In this document: positions 43,004 through 53,173 of the stretch, piece after piece
Position numbering within the stretch: position 1 is the stretch's first letter
Layout: every line of letters begins with the position of its first letter
Position numbers and translations under genes: made by a program
The notes under the pieces: generated by a model
Seen by the model: only the letters and a program-made list of their open reading frames with translations
The model's database searches: none
What the model was told of the DNA's origin: nothing
Assembly: GCA_963737905.1 (NCBI GenBank)
Contig: CAVTUQ010000025.1
Location: forward strand, 1 to 64,000
Length of the DNA: 64,000 nucleotides
DNA from: an uncultured delta proteobacterium
Lineage (GTDB): Bacteria > Desulfobacterota > Binatia > UBA9968
Direction of reading: 5' to 3'

Positions 43004-43993
43004 ATGGGCCGCAGTTTCTGGCTGTTTCTTACCTTCGTCGGCTATTGCTTTTCATTGCCACAACCATTGGCAGCTCAGGAAAAAATGCGCATCGCTTGGG
43101 CGGGCAGCACCCCGTCAAACACACCCATCTGGGTCGCCGACCAAAAGGGTTTTTTCAAGAAGAACGGCTTGAACGCCGAAGTCATCGCTATCAGCGCGAG
43201 CACGATAGTGATACAGGCTTTGCTCACCGGCGAGGTCGATTGCATCATTGCGCCTTCCGCCACACTGGTAACATCCCGTTTGGCGGGTGCGGATACGATC
43301 ATGGTCTCAACCAACTTGCCGCTCTTCATCGATCACATAGTTTCGCTAGCCGATATAACGACCGTAGAACAGCTAAAGGGAAAAACGGGTGGGGTCAACC
43401 GTCTGGGAACAACCTCGGATATGACTCTGCGACTCGCTCTACGCCGCTATGGCATCGATCCGGAAAAGGAAACCAAAATCATTGCCACGGGTGAAAACCC
43501 GCAGCGGCTAGCAGCGCTATCACGCAACATTACGCAATTCACGCTGCTTGGCGAACCGTTGGTAAGAGAAGCGGAGAAGATGGGCTTCAGAGATTTGGTT
43601 GACATCGGCACGCTCAAAATTCCCTACCACGTCAATTCCGTCGTCACGCGTGAAAGCACCGTAAGAGCAAGGCGCCCCTTTGTGACCAAAGTGGTGCGCG
43701 CATTCACCGAAGCGCTTCACTACATTAAGACCGACAAAGAAGGCACGAAGGCAATTATCAGCAAGAATCTAAAAACCAACGATCCGGAAGGGTTAGAGCG
43801 GGCCTATCGAGCCTATAACGCGGCGTTCCCGGAGATCCCTTATCCAAATGCCGAGGGCGTAAAGACACTGTTAGATGATATGGCACCGCGCAATCCAAAG
43901 GCAGCCGCCGCGGATCCGAAAACGTTTGTTGATACCAGTTTTGTGCAGGAGCTAGAGACGTCGGGCTTTATCAAGCAGCTTTACAAGCGGTAG
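43004..43993 (+). CDS. ABC substrate-binding protein (NMT1/SsuA-like)
   Basis: Signal peptide, GFFKKNGL, QLKGK, RLAAL, C-terminal FVD.SFVQELE.SGFI..LY. Confidence 0.87.
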   Translation: MGRSFWLFLTFVGYCFSLPQPLAAQEKMRIAWAGSTPSNTPIWVADQKGFFKKNGLNAEVIAISASTIVIQALLTGEVDCIIAPSATLVTSRLAGADTIMVSTNLPLFIDHIVSLADITTVEQLKGKTGGVNRLGTTSDMTLRLALRRYGIDPEKETKIIATGENPQRLAALSRNITQFTLLGEPLVREAEKMGFRDLVDIGTLKIPYHVNSVVTRESTVRARRPFVTKVVRAFTEALHYIKTDKEGTKAIISKNLKTNDPEGLERAYRAYNAAFPEIPYPNAEGVKTLLDDMAPRNPKAAAADPKTFVDTSFVQELETSGFIKQLYKR

Positions 43994-44014
43994 GGGCCGG
44001 CCGGTCGCCCCTAC
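43990..44014. repeat. GTAG-type REP-like palindrome
   Basis: gtaggggccggccggtcgcccctac between convergent genes. Confidence 0.6.
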
Positions 44015-44044
44015 GTTCTCTAGGTTGAATCCGTCTTGACTCCG

Positions 44045-45136
44045 CTATTGTGCCAAGCCGTAGAATGCCCGCGGATTGTCTTCGACGATTTTCTTGTGCA
44101 TCTCGGACGTAATTCCACCGCTCTCTTTCAAGGTGGTCAGAGCGTCCAGCTCCGTCGACGAATCGGCGTGGCCGTAATCCGTTCCGATCATGAGCGTGTT
44201 TTCACCCATACAGCTCTTGATCAAATAAGGCACGTCGTCGCCGATCTGGCAAGTGACAAAGATTCCGGAGCGCTCGAGAAAATCATTGGGCAACTTACTG
44301 TTCACCGTATCCAAGCGACGGCGCAGCTCGTAAACCACCCACGGAACCCAAGAGGCGGCCGTTTCAATGAATCCGAAGCGAAGCTTGGGAAACATCTTTG
44401 GCATGCTGCAATTCAGGATCCGAAATAGCGCGCCGACATTGAAAATTCGGTACTGGTTGAAAAAATCGCGGCTGCCGTCGGGGTTGACCATCATATCCAC
44501 GGCTGCCGCGCTGCCATTGGCTTGATGCAGCCCGATGCAAAAGTTTATCTTCTGCGCTTCTTCGTACAAGGGGAAAAAGTACGGGTCACTGATCTGCCGC
44601 GATCCTTCGAGCGGGCGCATGAAAACGCCGCACCCGCCATTTTCTTTCGCAAACTTCAACTGATCCAGCGCATCCGGCATGCTTAACAGAGGCAAAGTCG
44701 CCATCCAGCGCAAGCGGCCTTTACTTTGCTTCCAGACATCCGACATCCAACGATTGTATGCGCCGCACAGAGCCACGTCGGTATCCGGCCGATCCGTGCA
44801 TGGGTCGAGAAAAATGCTTGGGTAAAGCACCTGAACATCGATTCCCAACTCATCCATATGCTTGATGCGCGCCGCGACATCGGCAAGATCACGAGTTGCC
44901 ATCGTAGTGGTCATGTTTCTTCCGACTTGCTCAGATTTCCGGCTAACGTCTTCGGCGCTAAAGGTAAATCTGAATAGTCCACGGATCTTGCCGTCGATGA
45001 CCCAGTGCGCTTTTTGCGTCTCGCCCTCCGGCTTGAACAACTGCGGGCGAAACTTTTGCTCGGAAGGAAGTAGATATTCCCACGTGAGTGGGCTTTCGAC
45101 GACATGCGCATCAGCGTCTACCCATCCCATGTACAT
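44045..45136 (-). CDS. Amidohydrolase family protein (amidohydro_2)
   Basis: DADAHV, MDELGIDVQVLYP, FPKLRFGFIE...WVP, GTDYGH. Confidence 0.9.
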   Translation of the reverse strand: MYMGWVDADAHVVESPLTWEYLLPSEQKFRPQLFKPEGETQKAHWVIDGKIRGLFRFTFSAEDVSRKSEQVGRNMTTTMATRDLADVAARIKHMDELGIDVQVLYPSIFLDPCTDRPDTDVALCGAYNRWMSDVWKQSKGRLRWMATLPLLSMPDALDQLKFAKENGGCGVFMRPLEGSRQISDPYFFPLYEEAQKINFCIGLHQANGSAAAVDMMVNPDGSRDFFNQYRIFNVGALFRILNCSMPKMFPKLRFGFIETAASWVPWVVYELRRRLDTVNSKLPNDFLERSGIFVTCQIGDDVPYLIKSCMGENTLMIGTDYGHADSSTELDALTTLKESGGITSEMHKKIVEDNPRAFYGLAQ

Positions 45137-45164
45137 TTCCTCCTTCTTGTGGTCTCACTTTTTA

Positions 45165-45992
45165 CTAACTATGCCGCCTGACCCAATCGAGAATCAAGGC
45201 ATTGGTCTCTTCCGGGGCTTGCCAGAAAAAACCATGCGACTGCCCCTTCAAAACCTTCATCTCGGCGCCGGGTATGCGCTTCACCAACACTTCGGACTGT
45301 GCCATGTGGTTGCTCCCAATCGTATCCGCCTCGCCGATCACCACTAACGTCGGCGCTTTGACATCACCGAGACGGTGGGTGCCTTCCCAGTTGTGACGCG
45401 CCATGCAGAGATGGACGAACTCCGGGAGCTTGGCATGGGTTGCCCAGAAGAGTTTGAAGAACTCCTGCACTTTATCAGGATGGCGGTCGCGGTAGTCTTT
45501 GGTGAAGAACGTGTCGGAATCACAGACCTCGTGACGGACAAACTTCTCGAAACCCATCTCCACCATATCGACCACGAGGCGGTGGGGCAAGCCGGTGATG
45601 CAATCAGAGCCCGCCCGTGCCGCAGGGCCCGACCCGCTGGCCGCCATGATCAAACTCTTCACTCGCCCCGGATAGTTTTGCGTCAGGCAGAGCGCAATCC
45701 GCCCGCCCATGGAGTGACCTATAAGATGCGCCGAGGAAATTTTCAGATGATCCATTAAGGCGACGATGTCGCCAGCCATCTGTTCGATGGTGTAGACGCT
45801 TTGAGCAGCAACGGAACGGCCGCAGCCTCTAGGATCATGAAAGACGATATTCAATGACCGAGCCAGCGGCATCTGCGATGGTTTCCAGACTTCGCCGGAG
45901 TACGCGGTCGAGGGAACAAAGATAAGAGGCTCTCCCTGACCGTGAGATTCGTAATAGAGATCCACCCCTGTCGGTAACTTTACATTGGGCAT
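45165..45992 (-). CDS. Alpha/beta hydrolase
   Basis: DPRGCGRS, GHSMGG, PTLVVIGEAD, C-terminal catalytic His (GQSHG). Confidence 0.92.
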   Translation of the reverse strand: MPNVKLPTGVDLYYESHGQGEPLIFVPSTAYSGEVWKPSQMPLARSLNIVFHDPRGCGRSVAAQSVYTIEQMAGDIVALMDHLKISSAHLIGHSMGGRIALCLTQNYPGRVKSLIMAASGSGPAARAGSDCITGLPHRLVVDMVEMGFEKFVRHEVCDSDTFFTKDYRDRHPDKVQEFFKLFWATHAKLPEFVHLCMARHNWEGTHRLGDVKAPTLVVIGEADTIGSNHMAQSEVLVKRIPGAEMKVLKGQSHGFFWQAPEETNALILDWVRRHS

Positions 45993-46029
45993 GATTTCAA
46001 TCCTCCCTTGGGTACGAGCTAAACGTGAC

Positions 46030-47028
46030 TCACTTTAGCGCCACGCTTTTGAAGAAGCCCTCCTTGTCCAACTGGCTCACGAAACGATGGTCAATGAAAT
46101 CTTCCGGTTTGGCTTGCTTTGCCTTGGGCTCGGTCGGCGCCAACTCGCCGAGTATCGCTTCAATACCCTTACGACTCACGTAGGGTGGCAACTCAATGTG
46201 CGCGCGGGCCTCGGCGTAGGTCAATTCCAAAATTTCAGCGTCTTGGATCCGAGCATATTTCTGAATAATCCGCATCGTCGCCGTCTTGTTAGTTTTGAGA
46301 AAGCCGATGGCTTCACTGTAGGCCCGGATGAACCGCCGTGTAATTTCTTCATTGGCGCGAACATAGGAACGCGTAGTGCCCACTGCCACGGAAACGTACT
46401 CCAGGTCCTCCTTCGTCAGATCGACGAGTTCGTTCAAAGCGGCTTTACGCCCGCGAAAACTGGTGGGCGGCGAAAGCGCGCCGGCATCGATCTGGCCTGC
46501 GACGATGGCCGTGAATACATTCGGCACTTCTACGAGCGGTACGAGCTGATACTCGTCCGGCTTGAGCCCCGCGCGGTTCATGATCCAAAGCGTTACGGTG
46601 TGGCTCGACGACCCGATGCGCGTAATGCCGATCCTCTTGCCACGAAGGTCGCTTATCTTTTTTATCTCCGGGCGCGCCATAAATGAGAACACGAAGCGAT
46701 TCGCGACGCCTGCCAGCATCACGACATCTGCGCCCCTCAGGGCGGCGGTCACGGCGTTGCGCCCGTCGGTATATGAGAAGGCGATCTCACCGGCGAGCAT
46801 GGTCTGAATCGCTCTTGAAGTCGATGGAATATGTAACAATTCGACCTCAAGACCATTTTTCTTGAAGAATCCCTCCTCGTAGGCTACCCAACTACCGCTC
46901 AGATTACTCGCGGGCGAAGTCCAGTTGAACCGCGCTTTCATCTGCGCGCCGGCGCCGGATGGCAACGCTGTCACGATGAGAAAGAGCACCGCGATCGCAA
47001 TTCGACGAGATTCAATAGATCGACCCAT
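46030..47028 (-). CDS. ABC substrate-binding protein (NMT1/SsuA-like)
   Basis: GFFKKNGLEVEL, DLRGKRIGITRIGSSS, GQIDA. Confidence 0.88.
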   Translation of the reverse strand: MGRSIESRRIAIAVLFLIVTALPSGAGAQMKARFNWTSPASNLSGSWVAYEEGFFKKNGLEVELLHIPSTSRAIQTMLAGEIAFSYTDGRNAVTAALRGADVVMLAGVANRFVFSFMARPEIKKISDLRGKRIGITRIGSSSHTVTLWIMNRAGLKPDEYQLVPLVEVPNVFTAIVAGQIDAGALSPPTSFRGRKAALNELVDLTKEDLEYVSVAVGTTRSYVRANEEITRRFIRAYSEAIGFLKTNKTATMRIIQKYARIQDAEILELTYAEARAHIELPPYVSRKGIEAILGELAPTEPKAKQAKPEDFIDHRFVSQLDKEGFFKSVALK

Positions 47029-47256
47029 ATTATTCCTGGCGCTTGCAGCCGCTGTATAGACTGGAGTTCCATACCACACAAGTCCTTCCATGGTCGAGAC
47101 CGAACCGACCGGTCCGTGGCTCATGATGGCGCTGGAATCTAAGCCGGCGGGACTCGATCACGAGCAAAAAAGAGTTTGCTCCAAAGGTGACTACTGGCAT
47201 AGACTCTCCGCCGAAGACAGTGAAGAATGAGTGGCCCATCCGGGAGGGAGCAAACT

Positions 47257-48237
47257 ATGAAACGACTAATTATCAGCGGCGTCCTGATTGCCTTGCTATG
47301 TGCTTCCACCCTGTTTGCCGCGGACAGAATGAGGATCGGTTACAGCTCGATCAGTGGCGCTTACGTCGGCATCTGGGTCGCTCACGACGCCGGTTTCTTC
47401 GCCAAGGAAGGCCTGGACGACCAGATCGTTCTGATTCCCAACGGCACCCAGCTCGCCCAGGTCACCGTTGCGGGCGAAGTCGATATCGCGTCGTTAGGCG
47501 GGGCAGCGGCCCTGGCCGCAGCTTTTAGTGGCGCGGATTTTAAAGTCGTCGGGGCTAACGTCAATAAGTTGGTTTTTTCCATGTACGCACAGCCCGAAAT
47601 CAAACGGGTGGAAGATCTCAAAGGGAAAAAGATCGGCATCACCCGTTATGGAACCAGCGCCGATATTTCAGCCCGCTACGCCCTGCGGCAGCACAATCTC
47701 GACCCGCAGAAGGATGTCGTTCTGTTGCAGTTAGGGGCCATAACCAATGTTGCGGGCGCGCTCAGAGCCGGCACCATCGATGCCGGCATGGTGTCGCCGC
47801 CTACTCAATTTTTTATGGAAAAGCTCGGATTCAAAGAAATCGCCAGTATCACGGACATGAATCTTGCCTTTCCAAACCCCGCCTTGGTCGTGCTCGGCGA
47901 CATCATCAGGAAAAAACCGGATCTGATCGATCGCTTCATGCGCGCGTATGCCCGCGGAGTTCATCGGGCTAGAACCGACAGGGAGTTCACGATCAAGACT
48001 TATGCGAAGTACACCACCGTGCAAGACACCGCGATCTTACAAAAGGCTTACGACTTCTACGTCGAAAAGATCGTCGACAAGGCTCCTTATATCAACATGA
48101 CAGGAATGCAGAACGCCCTTGACGAGGTCGCCAAAACGATTCCCGCAGCTAAGAACGCCAAGCCGGAACAGTATGTCGATATGCGTTTCCTCGACAAACT
48201 GGAGAAGAGTGGCCTGCTAAACGAACTCTACAAGTAA
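47257..48237 (+). CDS. ABC substrate-binding protein (NMT1/SsuA-like)
   Basis: GFFAKEGLD, DLKGKKIGITRYG, GTIDAG. Confidence 0.88.
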   Translation: MKRLIISGVLIALLCASTLFAADRMRIGYSSISGAYVGIWVAHDAGFFAKEGLDDQIVLIPNGTQLAQVTVAGEVDIASLGGAAALAAAFSGADFKVVGANVNKLVFSMYAQPEIKRVEDLKGKKIGITRYGTSADISARYALRQHNLDPQKDVVLLQLGAITNVAGALRAGTIDAGMVSPPTQFFMEKLGFKEIASITDMNLAFPNPALVVLGDIIRKKPDLIDRFMRAYARGVHRARTDREFTIKTYAKYTTVQDTAILQKAYDFYVEKIVDKAPYINMTGMQNALDEVAKTIPAAKNAKPEQYVDMRFLDKLEKSGLLNELYK

Positions 48238-48317
48238 GCGCGCGGTCGCGCTCACCAGTTCCGGGTTCAAAGTTCAAGGTTCAAAGTCGGAACTCAAACC
48301 CGCGCGAGAGCGGCGCG

Positions 48318-49316
48318 TCAGTTAGGCAGCCAGCACACCGCCGCGATCTCGCTGAGCTCTCTTCGTAGCTTCTCCCACGAAGCCCCGCGATCGTCACTGC
48401 GGTAAAGATAACCGTAACGGCTCGCCGCAAACAGAATGTTCGGATCCGCTGGATTCGTCCCGAATGTCCACACCGTGGAATTCGGCTCCACCGGCAAGGA
48501 CAGCAACTTCCAACTCTTGCCGAAATCGTTGGAGCGCGCGATGGCACCCGATGATCCCGGGGTAAAGTCGCCGAATCCCAAAAGGATGCTTTTCGGATCT
48601 GCCGAATCAACGGCGATACCGCGCAGGTAAGTTTCTTTTCTCGGATACTCCCAGGGAAGACTCGTCTGCATGCCGCGAGTTTCCCAAGTGGCGCCGTTAT
48701 CGGTGCTCGCGTAGATTTCACGGTTGGCCATGATGAAGACGGTTTTCGGCGGCCCCGCGGTTACCGCTACGTTGTGGATATCCTTACGGCCGGTCACCTC
48801 CACCAGCTCCCAGGTTTCCCCGCCGTCGCTGCTATGGCGCGCGCCGTCTACCTCAAGACTCACCCAAATGTTTTTCGGTTCCACCGGATCCACGGCAATG
48901 CCGGTGAATCTCGGCGTGCCTACGGCTTCGCACTCCGCAGCGACTTCCACCGACCGCTTCTCCCAAGTCCGACCGCCGTCCTTCGAACGAAAGAGCATCG
49001 CCGGCGTCGGCGTGCCGGTTCCGACATACATGTTGTCCGGGTTCACCGGATCGATCCCGATCGCCCAGATATAATAGGGATTGAGATCTGAGTCGATGTA
49101 CTGCCAGTTCGCTCCGCGATCCTCGCTGCGATAGAGCCCTCTTTCCGTACCCGCAAATAGGTTGGTGGGTCGTTTTGGATTCATCGCTATGCAGCGCACG
49201 GAGGCCTCGTAGGCAAATCCCCGTCGGGGCCCAATGCGCGCCCATGTTTGTCCATTGTCTTCACTGCGCATAATACTCTGCCCGATAGTACCAACGACGA
49301 TTGTCAAATCCTTCAT
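48318..49316 (-). CDS. BNR/Asp-box beta-propeller protein
   Basis: Repeated S.D.G.TW Asp-boxes (RSEDNGQTW, RSEDRGANW, RSKDGGRTW, SSDGGETW, STDNGATW, RSNDFGKSW, RSDDRGASW). Confidence 0.88.
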   Translation of the reverse strand: MKDLTIVVGTIGQSIMRSEDNGQTWARIGPRRGFAYEASVRCIAMNPKRPTNLFAGTERGLYRSEDRGANWQYIDSDLNPYYIWAIGIDPVNPDNMYVGTGTPTPAMLFRSKDGGRTWEKRSVEVAAECEAVGTPRFTGIAVDPVEPKNIWVSLEVDGARHSSDGGETWELVEVTGRKDIHNVAVTAGPPKTVFIMANREIYASTDNGATWETRGMQTSLPWEYPRKETYLRGIAVDSADPKSILLGFGDFTPGSSGAIARSNDFGKSWKLLSLPVEPNSTVWTFGTNPADPNILFAASRYGYLYRSDDRGASWEKLRRELSEIAAVCWLPN

Positions 49317-49639
49317 AGCTCCCTCCTTAAAACTTGAAAGCCCGTAAGCAGCCCAAACAGATGAACATACCAGCCTCGGAATTAGCCACAGTTATCGCAG
49401 ATTGAACGATCGTGTCAAACTTGAATTTCACGATCCACGCGGTCATTTGAGGTTTTCTCGCGGCTAGTATCACGAGAGCAGAATCACCGACGAGTACTTA
49501 GCTGCGGAGCTCGAGGATTGACAACTTCTGACGAGCGTTGGAGAATCGAATCAGTGAGAGCGTCGAAAGGTTAAGCTATGAAAACGGTAAATCTAATCTG
49601 CGTGTTGACGATTTTCAAAAACCTGCCCGCCCGCTATAC

Positions 49640-50045
49640 CTTTGAAAATATCGACCAGCATGCGAATTCCTTCTTCAAAGCGCACGGTGCTTTCAACTGC
49701 ATCGATGTTCATTCGGTTGAGAACCCGGGGATGACCACGGCCAGTACCGGCCGCTGGAGAGAAGGTCCGCGGCGGCGATTTCGCTGGCCAAAATCGCCGG
49801 ATGATGCAGTGGCATACTGATTATGCCGGTGAGAAAGCGAATGCGTTTCGCCCGCTGTGCCACGGCCAGGTATAGACCCAGAGGCAAAGGCGAGCAGGAA
49901 AACAGATCCTTGCCATAGCTTTCGGTCGTCGAGAAGAAGTCGTAGCCGAGTTCATCGGCAACGACGATCTGCTCCAAAACCTCCCGGTAAGTTTGCTGCT
50001 CCGATTTCCCGGATACGAAAACTCGGTAAACAACCCAATCTTCAT
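49640..50045 (-). pseudogene. Truncated LLM-class oxidoreductase (N-terminal ~135 aa only)
   Basis: MKIGLFTEF, ADELGYD, HHPAILASEIA..DLLSSGR, GRGH, RFEEG, after which similarity is lost. Confidence 0.7.
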
Positions 50046-50131
50046 CTGCGTATCGTTAACGGCCCTGAAATCGTTGAATTTTGATTTTTTAACTTTGAAC
50101 GTTGAACCTTGAACTTTGAACCGGCCGTTTT

Positions 50132-51085
50132 TTACGCTCCAATCACCATCCGCGTGCCAACACTGTTGGGTATGAAAGCATTGGGGAATTCTTGGGCGAT
50201 CAAATGCGTCGCCTTCCAACCGGTGCAATGCTCAGGCACGATGATGCTTGGGTTGAATTCCTTCAACACTTGAATGGTCGGCACAATAATGGGCTCGAAG
50301 ACCGGACCTGTGAGGTGGAACCCACCGATGACTGCATGAATACTATTGACGCCTGTCATATCTCGGGCGTGCTTCATCGTGTTTACCACGCCGGCGTGGC
50401 CGCAGCCGGTTAACACCACCAGACCTTTATTTTGTACGTTCAGGATCACAGCCTGATCGTCGTGAATCCATGGATCCGGTTGCCACTTGCCGTCGATCCA
50501 AGCCACTTGGGCCGGACTTCCTTTTTCAAAAGGCGTGGTTCGCGCGATCTGCCCCGTGACAAGCGCGTGTCCGCCGACTAGCATTGTCGGCCCTCTTTCT
50601 TCGACAATCTGGACATCCTCAGCCTCCAGATCGCGCTGGCTCGGCGGAATATGCTCGGTCTCATGCCCGTCGGGAAAGACGTTTTTTCTCTTGAGGAAGG
50701 CGTCGGGATGGAGAACAATCGGTATCCGCGGCCGGCCGTAGCGTTTAATCAATCCGATGAGGCCACGGGTGTGATCCGTGTGCCCGTGGCTGAGCACAAT
50801 TGCATGCAACTCGTTGGGTTTCACTTCCAGGGCGTCCATATTATGTAACACACCATCGATGGTTACGCCGGTATCGAAGAGAAATGAATCTTTGGTGCCG
50901 TTTCCGTAAATCGTCACGAGCATGGAAACGCCGTGCTCGGCTCGGAGCTGCGGCCGCGAGAACGAATCCCGCGCGCGCGCAGCTCGCCGGGCAATTGAAG
51001 TATTCCCCATGAGCACGTCGATTGAATTGTCCATGATGCTCAGTACTTCGACGCGGTCAACGGGTTTAAGGGCGACAACAGGCAT
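50132..51085 (-). CDS. MBL-fold metallo-hydrolase
   Basis: AEHG, LFDTG, LSHGHTDHT, DDQA, TGCGHAG, GGFHL, HCTG. Confidence 0.9.
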   Translation of the reverse strand: MPVVALKPVDRVEVLSIMDNSIDVLMGNTSIARRAARARDSFSRPQLRAEHGVSMLVTIYGNGTKDSFLFDTGVTIDGVLHNMDALEVKPNELHAIVLSHGHTDHTRGLIGLIKRYGRPRIPIVLHPDAFLKRKNVFPDGHETEHIPPSQRDLEAEDVQIVEERGPTMLVGGHALVTGQIARTTPFEKGSPAQVAWIDGKWQPDPWIHDDQAVILNVQNKGLVVLTGCGHAGVVNTMKHARDMTGVNSIHAVIGGFHLTGPVFEPIIVPTIQVLKEFNPSIIVPEHCTGWKATHLIAQEFPNAFIPNSVGTRMVIGA

Positions 51086-51175
51086 TAGAACCTCCCTTGA
51101 AAAACAACGGCTAAGTTTGAACGATGAGGATGTCGAACTTTACTTCTCTCACTAACCTGGCATCAAGCTCAGAAT

Positions 51176-52039
51176 TCATTGAACTTCCTCACGGAACGGC
51201 TTCTTTAGCATCCAATTCACAATTTGCTCGACGGTTTCTGATTCCTTACCAAAATAACCATGCGGACTGAAAGGATCGCAAGGGCCGGATTCCGGCGCCC
51301 GGCCACCAACGACGGAAATGAGAGGATACTTCTCCGCAAGCCTGGCCGCGTCACTGTACGGAGTCAAGCCGCATTGATCGCTGACGTGGTGCACGAACAG
51401 AACAGGAACCTTGATGGATGTGAAGTCGAAGCGACTCAACCCCGGTCCGGGTTCGTTGGATCTCGCGCCTGCTGCGCGGAACATCGTTGAAGTCAAAACT
51501 ACACCGGACAGCCCCGAGCCGAAGCGAGCACCCAGAGCTGCGGCGGAGATAGTACCGCGGCTCGTCCCTATGAGAAATACCGGCAAACCGGAAAAACGTT
51601 TACCGAGATCGGCAACGATAGCCGAAACATCCGTGAAGTGATCTTCACCCAGGCGAAACTCATCACTCATTCCCCAGCCGGTTTGGTAATCGGAAGGCGC
51701 ATCCAGGATGGCGGCGACCACCCCACGCCTAACAAAATCGCTACGACTTCTAACCAGAAAGTTATTCTGACCAAATTTGATTTGACCATTTTCTTGGCGC
51801 AACCGAATCAAGCCGCCGGACCCGGGAAATAGCACGGCGATCGCCTGGGGATTCTGCGGCAGGCTCGCGATAAAGAACGACTGCGTCACGCCCGGCCGAG
51901 TCGAGAGCGTAACGATCTCCTGCGCCATAACCGCGGCGCCGCCAAACAGCAATGCACATGCCAAGAGCCAGGACAAGAACTCAAGGCGCACGGCCGCCAG
52001 TTTCTCTCTGTGTGGTTTGACTATTGATGTTTTTCCCAA
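51176..52039 (-). CDS. Exported alpha/beta hydrolase
   Basis: Signal-like segment, NFLVRSR, GTSRG nucleophile, HHVSD.C, HGYFG. Confidence 0.8.
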   Translation of the reverse strand: MGKTSIVKPHREKLAAVRLEFLSWLLACALLFGGAAVMAQEIVTLSTRPGVTQSFFIASLPQNPQAIAVLFPGSGGLIRLRQENGQIKFGQNNFLVRSRSDFVRRGVVAAILDAPSDYQTGWGMSDEFRLGEDHFTDVSAIVADLGKRFSGLPVFLIGTSRGTISAAALGARFGSGLSGVVLTSTMFRAAGARSNEPGPGLSRFDFTSIKVPVLFVHHVSDQCGLTPYSDAARLAEKYPLISVVGGRAPESGPCDPFSPHGYFGKESETVEQIVNWMLKKPFREEVQ

Positions 52040-52042
52040 GCG

Positions 52043-52951
52043 CTACTTCTTCACCGACCTGTAGGCGGCTTCGATGTTGACTCCCAGACGGTCTTGGTCA
52101 TGCCAGTCGACATACTCAGGCATCTTGAGTTCTTTTTTGATCTCGGCAAGGGATTTACCCTGGGCCGCCATATCACCCACCCGCTTGAGCAACAAGGTAT
52201 AGAACCCTTCGTATTCGTCGAAGACTTTCGTCGTGCTCACCGGACCGTGACCGGTAACGACAACTTCCGGGTTCAGTGACTTCATCAGCTTATAGCTGGC
52301 AAGCACGTCCGGGATCATAACCGAGGGGCGGAGATTGATGAACCTTCTCACGTTGGCCGCCGACGCCGCGAACAACACCCGCTCCTTGGGCAACCAGATC
52401 GCCGTGTCCGCCTCGCTGTGAACGTTTTTTAGATAGATCAGCTCGAAAGTGCGTTCGCCGAGATTGATGGTCATCTTGTCCTTGTACTCGATCTGCGGCG
52501 CGATCATTTTATAACCCTGCAAGGCCTCGCGCATTTCGGGGGACTTTGCCGCGAGTGTTTCAGCCCGCTTGGGATCAAAGTCCTTTCTCATCGCAGCCCC
52601 GGCGCCCTCGTGACTGATGATCGTGGCCGGGGGTGAGAAAATGAAATGATTGGCCGTGTGATCAGTGTGCGTCTCGGTGTCGATCAGGAAGACGACGGGC
52701 TTATCCGTAACTTTTTTAATCAGCGCCGCCATTTTGCGGGAATCCAACGGGCTGTTGCAGCTATCGATCATCACCACGCCGTCCTGGGTAACGACGAAGC
52801 TGCACGTCGTGGTCGTCGCGTCGGGAGCGAAAGTGTAGATACCGTCCTTAATCTTTGTGAATCCCGGACCGAGCTCCTGTGCCTGCGCCGGGAAGCCGGT
52901 GAACAAAGTAGCAACAGAAACTAAAAAGATTAAACGCACTCTGATATTCAT
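52043..52951 (-). CDS. Exported MBL-fold protein (cyclase-like)
   Basis: Signal peptide, VMIDS, TETHTDH, HSEAD, VVTGHG. Confidence 0.85.
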   Translation of the reverse strand: MNIRVRLIFLVSVATLFTGFPAQAQELGPGFTKIKDGIYTFAPDATTTTCSFVVTQDGVVMIDSCNSPLDSRKMAALIKKVTDKPVVFLIDTETHTDHTANHFIFSPPATIISHEGAGAAMRKDFDPKRAETLAAKSPEMREALQGYKMIAPQIEYKDKMTINLGERTFELIYLKNVHSEADTAIWLPKERVLFAASAANVRRFINLRPSVMIPDVLASYKLMKSLNPEVVVTGHGPVSTTKVFDEYEGFYTLLLKRVGDMAAQGKSLAEIKKELKMPEYVDWHDQDRLGVNIEAAYRSVKK

Positions 52952-53173
52952 ATTTGCCTCCTTAATTAATGATCGATCGGCTGCAATTGGTTCACGCTAG
53001 TCGAAACGGCAGTGACGCGTCAAGGGACTAAGGTCGGATTGCTGGCCCGGAAATTTTAATCCAAAGCAATTGACCAGGAGTAGTCATTTGTATTAAGAGG
53101 GCAGTGATTTAATGACTCCGACATACCAGATCGGGGATAACGACAAAGCTTCGAGAAACCGTGGGAGGAAAAA

